64,000 nucleotides of DNA, taken from Octopus sinensis (lineage: Eukaryota). The stretch covers positions 73,222,001-73,286,000 of the forward strand of contig NC_043002.1 in NCBI RefSeq assembly GCF_006345805.1, given 5' to 3'. Of the stretch, positions 50,403 through 64,000 are shown one piece after another. The translations under genes were made by a program, and so were the position numbers. The notes beneath the pieces were generated by a model. That model did not search any database. It had not been told where the DNA came from and saw nothing but the letters and a program-made list of their open reading frames with translations. Every line of letters begins with the position of its first letter. The stretch's first letter is position 1.

Positions 50403-51005
50403 GAGCTAACAAAGAAAGAAATAAGTATCTTATGAACTTCATTAGGTTATAGCTGTTTCTGCTACAAGGTGCAGTGGCATATCACCTTGTAGCTTCATCA
50501 GAGCTTCAAACGGATAGCAGAAACAGTTGTGAGCTAATGAAGTTCATAAGATAACTGTTTATTACTTTATCATCTCAATTTCTTATTGTCCAACCTATGC
50601 AAGCATAGGCTGGACAAAAATATGGATGTTAAAACAGTGATGTATGTATGTATGTATTCATGTATATAAGTATAGTGTTGATGTTTGTTTATATGCCTTG
50701 AACTGTCACTATTTCTCTATGAATGTCAATAAAAATTTGCATATAATTGCAAAATCAGTCTAGAATAACAGGAAAAAAAGATCCTGGGTCCAAGTCACTC
50801 TTGGGGTTATTGAAGAAGTCAAGGAAAGACACACACACACACACACCAACACACTTTCTCATGCATCTTTCTTAGATGACACTGTATAGAGAGTATATAC
50901 TGGGATGTTGTGTTTAGTAAAACATGGATAGCAGCTTCTAATATTCTGAGACAAATTTTCTTTAGCTCCTGCATAATGTAGAGCCAAAGAAAGGCTGGTA
51001 ACCTC

Positions 51006-51038
<33 letters not shown>

Positions 51039-51656
51039 TAGAGAGAGAGACTGTATGTGTGTGTAACCGATGCTTATTTTTATGTGAATCAACAATATTC
51101 AAAATGCACACAAGTCTTGTAGAGCAGACTATGCATACTTTTAGTGGTTGTAGTAACTACAGATACTAAACAGTCAATATAGCTCACAACACCTTTGAGC
51201 AAACTGCCTTGAGGGTCATTGTGTCAAAATGGTATAAGACTTTAGCTCAACCAGCATTAACAGAGTAAGGAGTGCAAGGTAAAGGAGAAAACTGGCTGCA
51301 AATATACCGCCTGCACAGTCAAGTAATCCTCATATTTGCAACATCTGCAGGCTTCTTTGCAAATTATTGGCAAATCAAATGTCACAATTGACATAAGCAT
51401 TATGACTGACAAAGAAAGAGTAGGCTGTTGGATCTTCCTATGTCAAAACTGACAGGAGAGTCCTTATAGATGATTAATAGAAAATGGATTGAGCAACACT
51501 TTATTAGATAACATTTCAATTGTTTCAACAATCTTTGTAGAGCAAACTACTAGGTTTATATCCATATTTAATTTACACACACACATATATTTAAAATGGC
51601 GGTGTATCAGCATGGCCACAACTCTGAACTGAAGCTACAGAAAAAAAAATTTCTCC

Positions 51657-51703
<47 letters not shown>

Positions 51704-52019
51704 CACTACCAAACAAATATGATTTTTATTGAACTCAAATTACTTATTGTAGTCCCATTCTTGAATACTTTCTTGCAAACTGTTTTTAACATTTTCATAT
51801 CATTATCAAATAATGTATAACTGTATTTTAATACTTTTCTGATAACCAGTACTCTTAACACAACAAAGCTTATACAAAGCTTTACATTTTACTTTTGACA
51901 ATCTTTTTCTAAAAGTGAAACCGGTCAAGTCAATAAACATCTCTAAAAGTCCATTGCATTTTCAAACCTTCTTTCATATATATTTTCACTCATACGGTAC
52001 CTTACAACTTTACTTTGTT

Positions 52020-52063
<44 letters not shown>

Positions 52064-52735
52064 ACATTTCTGTAACAGAATTATAAAATTCAACTGTAAA
52101 GTAAAAGTACTCCCCACCCAACAACCTATAACCACAGTTAAACATCTATATTGGTAAAACCAACTATCACTCATCTAATACTGCAAATATTAGTAGGAAA
52201 TGCATGAATAACATCCTCCACATTTGTCGTCCTTGAAATATATAGGAATATTGTGACTAGCCAAAAAGAAAATATTTTAACGATTATGATAATTCAATAA
52301 TTATTGGTGTTATGTGTTGAGTGTTTAAATGATAATTGCTTGTATAAAAATTGTCGATATTAAATATTGTACAATGCTCTCAATGTGTAAAAATAATTAG
52401 CAGTTAGAACTAGATTCTTTTATCGTTACATTATTTCATACAATTTTATAAAGAAAAGGTGCAGTCATACATGTGTGGCTAAGTTCTCATTACAACTGTT
52501 TGGTTTTGGGTTCAATTCTACTGTATGGCATTTTGAACTAGTCTTACTGGAAACTGTGTGGAAGCCCCTTGAGAACCATATAATGAAGTTTTCTTCATTA
52601 TATGGTTTTGTTCAGGCCATGTGAGTTTGGGTTCAGGCCAATTGCACAGCACCTTAGGTAAGAGTCTTCTGTGATAATCCCAAGGCTGACCAAAGCCTTG
52701 CAAGTAGATTTGGTAAAGGGAAACTGAAAGAAGCC

Positions 52736-53292
<557 letters not shown>

Positions 53293-56139
53293 TTAAAGTG
53301 TCTACAAAAACCACTCACTGTGAGCAGTGTTGTTATCACTTCTGTCAACAAATCATGCCTGCTTGCTTTACACCATCAAAAACATGTGAAGTAAGAAAAC
53401 CTTTACTGGTCAGCGCAGGGCTATTGTAGGAGACACATGCCCAAAGTGCCAAGCAGTAGGATTGATCCCCAAACCATGTGGTGACAAAGTGAGCTTTGTA
53501 CCACACACCTGAGTCTGTACCTGTATTGGTGCACATCAGAGACCAAAACAAATAAGCACTCCAGAGTTGCACAGGCAATTTCCCCCCCCACCCCCGTCAC
53601 TTTCATAATATAAATGCTGTGACCTGACAGTTTGCCTCACTGGTGACCCATAACCAATAACATTACTGTTCAGAAAACAGGATATAACAACAAAAAAAAT
53701 AATAATTAAAATAAATGAACTTATCCAAAACAGTTGTTGATAAGTGTTGACCAAAACCTATCAGAAATTAGAACTTTGATAAATTAAAGTCTGCTGGTTT
53801 ATCAGACGAGTATCTGAATAGCATAAATAATTGACAAGTAACAGTGGGAAAGAGTCACTAACAATTGAATTATATTCGAGTAAACTCAGATAATCAGGTT
53901 GAAGTGGGGATTCACCCTGCCCCATTTTTATCTTTGTTATCAATATTTATGTTGACAGAATTGACTGCCGATTGATTTATTGATCTGTTTAGTCATACAC
54001 TGTAAACAAACAACCATGGAAACAACAAATATGAAGTAATCGAGGTTGTTTGCTTCTTGGGTTTTTTTTTTTTTTTTGCTTTTTTTTTTAAAGAAAATTT
54101 ACATATTAATGAAATTTCTATTTTATACAGTGGGGCATATTTTCATCGCAACATAATTAACTATATGTTAATGCCTGAAGATAACATAAATACAATGAAC
54201 TTTTAATTGGGAATAATGCAATCAGATGCAAAATATCAGAACCCAATGGGTCCACTGGAACAAAGTAGAAAGTGAAAAGTCTGATGATTGTTGTAGTTGT
54301 GAAGTCCTAGGTCAGACCTGATTGAGGAAGACTATGAACAAAAGTATTCCAATTATGACCATCCCATATATATTTTTTTTTTCTTGGCTACATTACCCAA
54401 TGTTCATTCCATTCTTTAATTCCAGCCCACCTCTGGTTAAGCAGACTTATGATTAAAGACATTCTAGTTGCAGCCATTCCATTTTTACAGACAGTTTATT
54501 TCAGACTGCATTATCCAATATATCCTTCCTTTTCTTTATAAAGACAGCAGGATTTCGCTATTATTTCTAGCATGTTGAATGGCCACATAGGGAATCTATC
54601 ATTCATTTGAAATGCATGATGGTTTTAGAAGAAGACTAGCAGAGATAGTTAGCTCAGACTGGCAAAAAGCACTGCAATAATGATAAAATGGAAACAGCAA
54701 CCTGGTAAGAGATTCTTGGTTGGGATCTGTTTTAGAAATCATTGCTAAATTATCTTTACATTCTTAAAAGGAAACCAAAGACTTTTATTCAATTGCATAT
54801 ACTGAATTTTTCTACAGCCCTGCAAACTTTCACAATACCAGTGAACATCTTAGTCACTGCTTTCTATATATCAAAGCATGAATTTCATCTAAGTAAATAG
54901 ACAATCAAGTGCATAACATTGACAAGCTTCAACAAAGGTCATCTTATGAGTCACTGGAGTTCATTTCACTCCAATAAGTCTTTAACACAAGTCTATGAAG
55001 AGATTTTATCTCAGATGATTCCTCAGCTTCATGCCTTCTAAAGGTGTATTACATTTAGTTACCATACAGATGACAATTTTAAATTTTTTCATGTTGTAAG
55101 GACAGGATTTTCAAGAACAGGACAGTTTTTCTAAAAGTGAAAGTGACAAAAGCTTGTGTGTACAACTTGGGTGAAACAAAAGCTACACTGAGTACAAGTA
55201 TTTTTATCAGCTTTGTAACCACACTGCCATGCCTGTCCACATAGCCATAACTATGCCTGATTAATAAGTTATGTGATATAATACCATAAAAGATAACTTT
55301 GCTACTTATTGTTATTTAGCCTTGACTGAATTTGATAAAAAAAAATGAAGTCATTTTTATTGCTAATAATACATCATGAACTACATTATTGTATCCTTCC
55401 TTTTTTTAAGATGATACTGACTGGTTTGAGTGGAATGTGGTTGCTATTTCCAGCAGGTCGAGTAACCGCACAAGCACACACAAATGATTGCTTGTTGACT
55501 CATTTAAAGCTAAGATATTACTAGGCTGTAAGAATTCAGAAAAATAAAACAATATTACTTCAGTGCCAATAAGCTCATGAGATTGGAAATAAGAGCGTTA
55601 ATATTTATATTTATTGATCACTCTCACATAAAAGCCAACAGATTACAACATTAGTATTTTTATTATTAGTCTGAAGGCAATGAGCAGGCAGGTTCAGTAG
55701 AGCATTGGAAAAAAATACTCATGTGGTTTTTGGTATGTCTTCTGGTTTTTTACATTCTGAGTACCCATCAGTTCAACATTGCTTCTCATCTTTTTCAGGG
55801 ATGATAAAATAAAGTACTAGTCAAGTACTGGGATTGATGGTACTGAGTAGTCCCCCTCCCCTCAAAACTGCTAGCCTTATAACTAAATTAGAAACAATTA
55901 TTAGCCTTCTTGTCTTCCGAGACAATAAATGTCTTCTTAGTACCACCCATTTGTAAAACAGGCATTACAAATGACTAAATTTAAAAAGATTTATTTGATA
56001 AGGTAATCTAAGGAGGTTATGTTTGGAGAAAGGTGGAGGGAGTCAGTCAGATCTGATATGGAGCTAAATAATAACAAACATCTGTGACTGCTTAAAAGGA
56101 CAGTCATTCCCAGAAGCATCGTATTATTATTATTAAGAC

Positions 56140-57050
56140 AGTATGGCGGTAAGCTAGCAGAATCATTAGCATGCTGGACGAAATGCTTAGCGATATTTCA
56201 CCCGTCACTACGTTCTGAGTTGAAATTCCGCCAAGGTTGATTTTGCCTTTCATCCTTTTGGGGGTCAGTAAAATAAGTACCAGTGAAACACTGGGGGTCG
56301 ATGCAATCGACTTGTTCTCTCCCACAAAATTTCAGGCCCTTGTCCTTATAGTAAAAAGGATTATTAAGGCAGCAATCTGGCAGAATTGTTAGCACACCTG
56401 AAAAAATTTTCAATGGTACTTCATGTCTACATTCAGAGATCAAATTATGCCAGGGTTGACTGCCTTTCATCATATCAGAGTTGATGAAATGAGTACCAGT
56501 TGATCACTGGGTTGATGTAATTGACTGGACACCTTCACGACAAATTTCAGATCTTGTGCCTATAGTAAAAGGGATTATTATTATTATTAAGGTGGTGAAC
56601 TGGCAGAATCGTTAACATGCTGGACAAAATGCTTAGAGGTATTTCACCCATCGCTACATTCTGAGTTCAAATTCCACCAAGGTCAACTTTGCCTTTCATC
56701 CTTTCAGGGTCAATAAATTAAGTACCAGTGAAACACTAGGGTCAATGTAATTGACTAGTTCCCTCTCCCAAAATTTCAGACCTTGTGCTTTTAGTAGAAA
56801 GAATTATTATTATTTATCATTATTATTATTATTATTAAGGCAGCAAGCTAGCAGAATCATTAGCACATCTGGAGAAATGTTTAGTAGCATTTCATTCATC
56901 TTCACATTCTGAGTTCAAATTCCGCCATGGTCAACTTCACCTTTCATGGTCAAAAAGATCAGTACCAGTTGAGCATTGGGGTTGATGAAATCAACTTACC
57001 TCCTCCCCAAAACTTGCTGGCCTTATGCCAAAATTTGATATCATCATTAT
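56140..57050 (+). mobile_element. Head-to-tail array of four family B SINEs joined by (ATT)n linkers
   Basis: Four ~220 bp units, each starting aagg(c/t)(a/g)g..(a/g)..ct(g/a)gcagaat and ending ...ccttgtgc.....gtagaaaggattatt. Confidence 0.85.
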
Positions 57051-57856
57051 TATTATTATTATTAATCTAGAGGAGCCCATTTTATTGTGCCTGCAGGCTG
57101 GTATACTTATATGTACAAAATATAGTAAATTTTTTAACTATAAAATTTATACAATATTCATATTCCTATTTGCGACATAAGTCAGGTTTCCACTATGACT
57201 TAAAATGGTTAAACTCAAACAGAAAATCATCCAGCAATTACCATTTGAATGGGAATTTTGTTTTCACTATAAAGCACATACTACTAGGTTTGTACCAACC
57301 CCTTGAGACCCAACTACAATCTAGCTGAAAAATATAGAATACTTCATAAGTAATGTAAACATCCTAAATTCAGTGGTGGCGATGTTATATGTTAATTTAA
57401 TATCTCAAACTTATCTTTATTAATGTACCTTGAATTATACATAGATATATACTAGATTTACATAGATATAAGAGTTAGAACTTGTGATCCACCTGCGGAC
57501 CTTTTTCTTTGGAAATTTTTGCCCGTCGCACTAAAGTTTCCCCAACATTGATCTAGAGAGATAGATCTGATGATGCAGGATCTGGTATTTTGAGGGGGTT
57601 TTTTTTGTTTATTTTTTTTCCCCATTTTCACTTCTCCAAGTGATGCAACATTTCTTACACTCAAAACCTTTGTTGACAGATACCTTCTTCAGTGGATGAG
57701 ACTGCTTTAGTTGTGTAATACATTTAGTAATTCAAACATCTGTAAAATGAATTACTTTAATTATTCAGCTCAGTCAAGCAAGACAGTTAATTTAGCATGT
57801 AACGATTAACACAATGTTCTGTCTGAATTCCGTTTCAGGAATCTTAGCAATAAAAT

Positions 57857-57912
<56 letters not shown>

Positions 57913-59544
57913 ATTGGTTGATAACAAAGGAATATGAATTCTTTTTCATCATCATCATCATGTATAGGTTGGATGGAGTTCATTTGAGGCAGATTTTCTA
58001 CAGTTGGATGTTCTTCCTGTTGCCAACCCTTATCTGCTTCCAAAGAAATCGACCCCAGGACCTATACTTTGTAAGCCTAGTACTTATTCTATCAGTCTCT
58101 TTTGCTCAACCGCTAAGTTACGGGAATGTATACACACCAGCATTGGTTGTCAAGCGATGTTGGGGGTTCAAACAGACACACAAACATATATACATATATA
58201 CGACGGGCTGCTTTCAGTTTCCCTCTACCAAATCCACTCAAGGCTTTGGTCAGCCCAAGGCTATAGTAGAAGACACTTGCCCAAGGTGCCACACAGTGGG
58301 ACAGAACCCGAAACCATGTGGTTCATAAGCCAGCTACTTACCACACAGCCACTCCTACGCCTAATAATAATAATAACAACAACAACAACAAATATGTATG
58401 TATATGTATTCATGTCTTTTCTTTCACAATGTTTCTAATACATAAACTTTCTGCATGTATTTAGAATGCCTTGGTTAGACCTGACAAAATGTGTCCTGGT
58501 TTGTGCTTATAATTTATTCTTCTGAATCCCAACATCATTTTAATGTTCACCTTTCTATACTAGTATAAGTCAGATAGCACTTATTTCAATAAGTGCTTGA
58601 TGCTCTCTATTTTGCTAACTATCACCTGTTTCAAAGCAAGGAAATATTTCCCCCGCTTTCATAAAAAACTAGTATCAAACACTTGCTTATATGACAATGA
58701 CAGTCATTTACAATTATCACATGATGTCAAGCCAAGGAAACACACACACACACAAATTACCTACTTTCAGTTTCTGTGTGTCAAATTTGATGACAAGGCT
58801 TTGGTTGGCCCACTCAAGGTACCACACAGTGGGACTGAACCTAAAACCAAATCGTTGGAAATTCAACTTCTTAATCACACAGCCATGCCTGCTCATATCA
58901 TAAATATTAATTCATAATTTTTGCTTGGTGTTCCCCGAGATCAAAATGGTTTTGAAAATAGTTTAACAGATGATTTGGGGATTTTGCTCTTGTTGAACAA
59001 TTCAGGTTTTGAAGACTGCTAAAGCAATTAGTGATTCAATATATATATATATACATACATACACACACACACATAGCTACCATCTAAGGCACATGTGTGT
59101 CAGAATTTATGTTCAAAAACAAGTGTAAGGTGAGCTTGTGTTGAATATAAATTATTACAAGAACTTTTCTGCATATCTTAATCCATATAGAGGAAATGAG
59201 ATGTTTTAATAGTAATAAGGGTCTAAATTTACACAAATCAGCATTCACACACACACACACACACCATACAAACATTTGTTAAATTTCCTTTTTTCCATGC
59301 TAGCATGGGTTGGAGGAGATAAGGATGTATTTGAGATCGGAACACAGACTACAACAAACACACACACACACACATCAAAGGCTTCTTTTAGTTTGTTTCC
59401 ATCTACCAAATCCACTCATAAGGCTTTGGTCAACCCAGGGTTAAAATACAAGACACTAGCCCAAAGTGCCAAGCAGTGGGACTTAACATGTGATTGGAAA
59501 GCAAACTTCTTAGCGCATAACCATGCCTCTGCCTATAATACATG

Positions 59545-60065
59545 TCATCATCATCATCATGATTTAGCATTTGCTTTCCATTCTGGCATGGGTTAGGTGG
59601 TTTGACTGAAACTGGGAAGTTGCAGGGCTACATTAGGTTCCAATCTGATTTGGCATGGTTTCTACAGCTGGATGCCCTTCCTAACACCAACCACACTCCA
59701 CACAGTGTACTGGGTCCTTCTTATGTGCCAGTTAGGGCCACAAGTACAATTTCACTTGGCTTGACAAGTTTTCTCAAGCACAGCATATTTACCAAAGGTC
59801 TCAGTCACTTACCACCTCTGTGAGGCCCAGCATTCAAAGATCATGCTTCACTACCACGTCCCATGTCTTCTTGCATCTACCTCTTCCACAGGTTCCCTCC
59901 AACACTTCTTTACACAGCTGTCCTTGTCCATACGTATCATATGACCATTCCAGCACAGTCGTCGCTCTTGCACACATTTGATGCCTCTTATGCCCAACTT
60001 TTCTCTCAAGACCCTTACATTCTGTCATACATCCACACTGACATTGCACATCCAGCAAAGCATAC
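59545..60065 (-). mobile_element. RTE-clade LINE 3' end (ORF C-terminus plus 3' UTR plus (GAT)n tail)
   Basis: Frameshifted EGTCGRGRCKKTWDVVVKHDL motif (GR.RKTW...V..DL) followed by the UTR shared with other copies and a catcatcat tail. Confidence 0.8.
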
Positions 60066-60364
60066 TAGCTTCATATATATATTAATATCAGTGTAAGTCG
60101 AAAACTGGTACGTTCATATAGTAATACCATGTAATATTTACTAACGAATTTTCTTCACATGTCAATATAGACTTTAGATGTTTTAAGAATGAAAGGGCTT
60201 CTCAGTCAGATTGACCTGAAACTTAACAACAACAACAACAACAGTAGCACTATAGCTGATATATATTACAACCCTACTGAAATGGTTCATGGTTTGAAAT
60301 GGGTTTTCCAAATATCAGCTATGGCAGCTTTATAAAAATTCTTTGAAAAGTCTTTTGGACTTAC

Positions 60365-60524
60365 ATATCTTTAGATGTTGCTTGGATACCAGAAGTACCA
60401 GATGCAACTGCCCAGTAAGTATTGTCCACAGTTCTAATAGCCCATTTCTTGGAATTCTTATCAAACTCTAGTTGGAATGTCTCCCGGTCTGTCACTTCTT
60501 CTTGGTTGGCTGATACATCAACAC
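60365..60524 (-). CDS. FSCN: Fascin (singed) internal coding exon, 160 bp, phase 1 to phase 2
   Basis: Minus strand reads tttag|GT GTT GAT GTA TCA GCC AAC CAA GAA GAA ... AAA GAT AT|gtaagt = (G)VDVSANQEEVTDRETFQLEFDKNSKKWAIRTVDNTYWAVASGTSGIQATSKD(I). This matches the fascin beta-trefoil motif SANQ.E...ETFQLE recalled from human and Drosophila fascin. Confidence 0.96.
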
Positions 60525-60754
60525 CTAAAAAATAAGAAAAAATTTTTTTAAATAAATAAAATAAAATAAAACAGAAAATTTACAATTAATAAATAAAATT
60601 GAACCACTCTCTAAACCATCCAATTTACAAGAAATAAATTATTATCACAAAGAAATTTATTGAAAAATTAAATCAATAAAATTATGAAGAGACTATAAAA
60701 CTAACTTTCTGATCCATTATCATGCAGGCTTAAAACAGTAAAAAATAATAATTA

Positions 60755-61114
60755 TAAGAGCACTCAGAGAGCGCAAACCTCCGCCAAGGCAACACCAACG
60801 TCCTCTCAATGATTAGCCAGAGATGATTTTTCAAAAGGAGAATATCTGAAATAAACTTGACTGCTTTCACAAACGAGAATACTAAAAATGAATTCGGCTG
60901 CTCTCAAAAATTAAGTAAAAAAACAGGAAAAATAATTCAGAATCCTTGTCTGGAACTGGATTGATCCCAAAATCTAATCAGTTCATGCCAGTCAAAGGCC
61001 AAACATCCCTGAAAGTTTCATCCGAATCTATCCAGCGGTGCTTGAGATATCTTGTCCACGGACAAACAATCATGACTGAAAACAATACCTCCGCCTTTGC
61101 TAAGGCGAAGGTAA
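60755..61114. mobile_element. Helentron/HINE (DINE-1-like) non-autonomous element
   Basis: acctccgcc near both ends; terminal hairpin acctccgcc-tttgctaa-ggcgaaggt; internal aagtttcatccgaatctatccagcggtgcttgagatatc...ggacaaac motif like HINE cores. CpGs retained, suggesting a young copy. Confidence 0.65.
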
Positions 61115-61264
61115 TAATAATAAATAAAAAGTTTGAAAAAGTTGAAACTGAAAATTACAAGGAGACATGTTTATTTGGCGGATTAACTAGCATATTTAAC
61201 CTGAAATACTTAAAATGTTAGTTGAAACATTTATTGAAAGAACTATACCATCGGATGATGATTG

Positions 61265-62020
61265 TTTGAAATTTGGCACAAGGTCAGTAATCTTAGTAGG
61301 GTGGGAATTAGTCAATTGCATTAATCCCAATTCTTGACTGGTACTTTAACTTTAGCTTCCTCGAAAGGATGAAAGACAAAGCAGACCTCAACAGGATTTG
61401 AACTCAGCACATAAAGAGCCACAAGAAATGCTGCTAAGCATCTTGTCTGCCAGCTTGCTGCAATAATGATGATAATCCTTTCTATTAAAGGCTCAAAGCC
61501 TGAAATTTTGTGGGAGGGAACTAGTTGAATACATCAACCCCAGTGTTCAACAGGTTCTTAATTATCGAACCTGAAAAGATGAAAGGCGAAGTCGACCTCA
61601 GTGAAATTTGAACTCAGAATGTAAAGATGGACAAAATGCAGCAAAGTATTTTGCTGGTGTGCTAACAATTCTGCCAGCACACCAACATAAGGATAATAAT
61701 AATAATCCTTTCTACTATAGGTACAAGGCCTGAAAATATGGGGGAGGGAACTAGTCAATTACATCAACCCCAGTACTCAACTGGTACTTAGTTTTATCAA
61801 CCCTGAAAGGATGAAAGGCAAAGTCAACCTCAGCGGAATTTGAACTCAGGATGTCTTTAAGATGAACGAAATGCTAAGCATTTTGTCTGGCATACTAACA
61901 ATTCTGCCAGCTCACCACCTTAATGACAATAATAATCATAATAATTCTTTCTACTATAGGCACAAAGCCTGAAATATTTTTAGGGGAACCCCGGTGCTTA
62001 ACTGGTACTTATCCATTCAG
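61265..62020 (-). mobile_element. Head-to-tail array of about four family B SINEs
   Basis: Repeated ataatcctttctactataggcacaaggcctgaaa...aaggatgaaaggc(a/g)aagtc(a/g)acctcag..gaatttgaactcag...attctgccagc units. Confidence 0.8.
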
Positions 62021-64000
62021 GGACAAGATCTTGTGGGGTTTTCCCAGTCAAATGGATAAAAAACTGGAACATAGCAAGCCAAATATTTACAGTAATAATA
62101 AACAAGGAAAATCAAATTTTCAGGCTGATTGATTTATCATATCTATTTAATACTAAGGTTAGGAGGAAAGATGAAAACAGATGAAAAATTGATAAACTAC
62201 AACCCATTAAAATTTCAGATTGTGAAGGATTTGGAACATGAAATCTGTAAAGATTATATGAGTGATAATTAAGGATTGTGAGTGATGAAATAGACAAATG
62301 AATAAAGACAATTGGAGTGGAATGTCCAGTAAAACTTCTGCAGAAGGTTTGCCTTTTAGGAATAGGGAAGATCATCAGAAGGGTTTTGAGGACTTGATGG
62401 CTTATTGAAACTGTGTGGAGATCTAAGATTACATGGAGTAACTCGTTACCCACATAAATTCTACCAGGAATAAGATCAATCCTGAGTTAAGAAGGAAATA
62501 ACTGACAAATTGAAACCAGTAATGAAAAAGATTTGTTGCTTTTAGGTTGTTAGCTCTGCTAGTACTTCACTATTAAATCTTATACATGAGGCTTCGAACA
62601 TTATTGTATCATCTACCACCATTGCACCAGATACCAGTATCTGCACTCAGATGCCCTTCATGTTGTGAATCATCACCTACTTCCAAATAAGGTAATATTT
62701 TTTCATGGCCAGACACAGTCACACTCATTTACAACTATCATGTAATATCAAAGCAAGGACAAACACATACGACAGGTTTCTTTAATTTTCCATCCACTAA
62801 ATCCACTCATAAGGTGCCATGTAGTGGGACTGAACTCAGAACCATGTGATTGGGAGGCAAACTCCTAAACCATAAGCCTGCTCAATATAATCATTAAAAT
62901 TGTACCATTACCCTTCTAGAATTTAGGATTAAAGGCATGACACCAAGAAAACTTAATTCTCATGGGTCAAATGTTAAGGATGTAATTTAATAGGAAAGCT
63001 TTGGAGATCTAAAAACTTTATCAGTGGTTAATAAATAATATTGACAGGAAGAATATCGTCATTTAATGTCCACTTTTTCATGCTTGGAAGGATCAAATGA
63101 AGTGTCCTGAGGAATATTCTCCAGCTGGTGTCCTTCAGTATCTGGCTGTAGGATATGCCTCAGCACACTCCATCTGTCGGAATACATTTGTGTGCTATCG
63201 TAATATAAAAAAAGGAATGGACAAGCAGTTTGAAAACAAATTCTAAGGTATTTTTAAATATATAATATATACTATTTCCTCCTACAAGTCAAGGGTCTTT
63301 GCCTTACAAGCTACTTGGTGACCCTGCTGGTGCCACATAAAAAGTACTCAGTACAGTACACTCTGTAAAGTAGTTGGTGTTAGGAAGGGCATCCAGCTGT
63401 AAAAAGCCATGCCAAAGCAGACAATAGAGCTTGGCAGTGCTCAGGCTTGTCAGTTCCTGTCAAATCCTCCAAGCCTGTGCTAGCATTGAAAACAGATGTT
63501 AAACAATGATGATGATAATAATGAGGAATCTGCTATCTTGTGTAGATTAAGCAAAGTCCCTTGAAATAAATAAATACCCCTGAGCACCTAAAATATAAGA
63601 AACATTGAAAGAATTTGGTAAAATGCCATTGAAAATTAGTAGTTTCTCTTAGCAAGAAAAGAGAGAAAAAAACCCTTATATCAATGGGCACTTACTTTTT
63701 TAATGCATATATGACTAATAAATGAGGATACCTTGAAGGAATCTTAATTAAGAAAAACAGTTAGAATAAAGATTTATGCATTTTTCTAGCAAATCAGAGC
63801 AGGAACTAAAAATACTCCAGTCCTTTTAGCAATGGAAATGTAGAAAATGTTAAATCAACATTTAGCAGTCACAGAAGAGGCAAAAGAAAAAAAAAATCAA
63901 CACATCTGTAAAAATAAACATTTGATGAAGAGTAATAGAAAGGAAGAGGAAGTCATCATCATCATCATCATCACTGATTGAACATAATGTAAGCAACCAA

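Overview
Repeat-dense eukaryotic (animal) genomic DNA, most likely an octopus/coleoid cephalopod (inference from the tRNA-derived SINE families and extreme microsatellite density). The only host gene I can support is the 3' part of a fascin (singed/FSCN) gene on the minus strand. It has three coding exons (60524-60365, 45296-44992, 31361-31156) with canonical GT-AG junctions that join in frame, introns of 15,068 and 13,630 bp, and a probable ~2.2 kb 3' UTR ending near an AATAAA at 28952-28947. The rest is a mosaic of at least four tRNA-headed SINE families, RTE LINE remnants, hAT/mariner/piggyBac-type MITEs, a Helentron-type non-autonomous element, a Penelope-like element (PLE) GIY-YIG remnant, a 28S rRNA fragment and large microsatellites. 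Almost all long ORFs in the supplied track are microsatellite artefacts. The most interesting unexplained signal is a group of small non-coding elements carrying type I hammerhead-ribozyme motifs and Penelope-style fold-back ends. One of them appears to be a tRNA-headed SINE with a hammerhead tail, i.e. a candidate Penelope-mobilised SINE. There is also an apparent switch from CpG-retaining to CpG-depleted repeats at about 23 kb. All alignments were done by eye; repeat boundaries are approximate unless TSDs/TIRs are quoted. No CRISPR or prokaryotic system is present.
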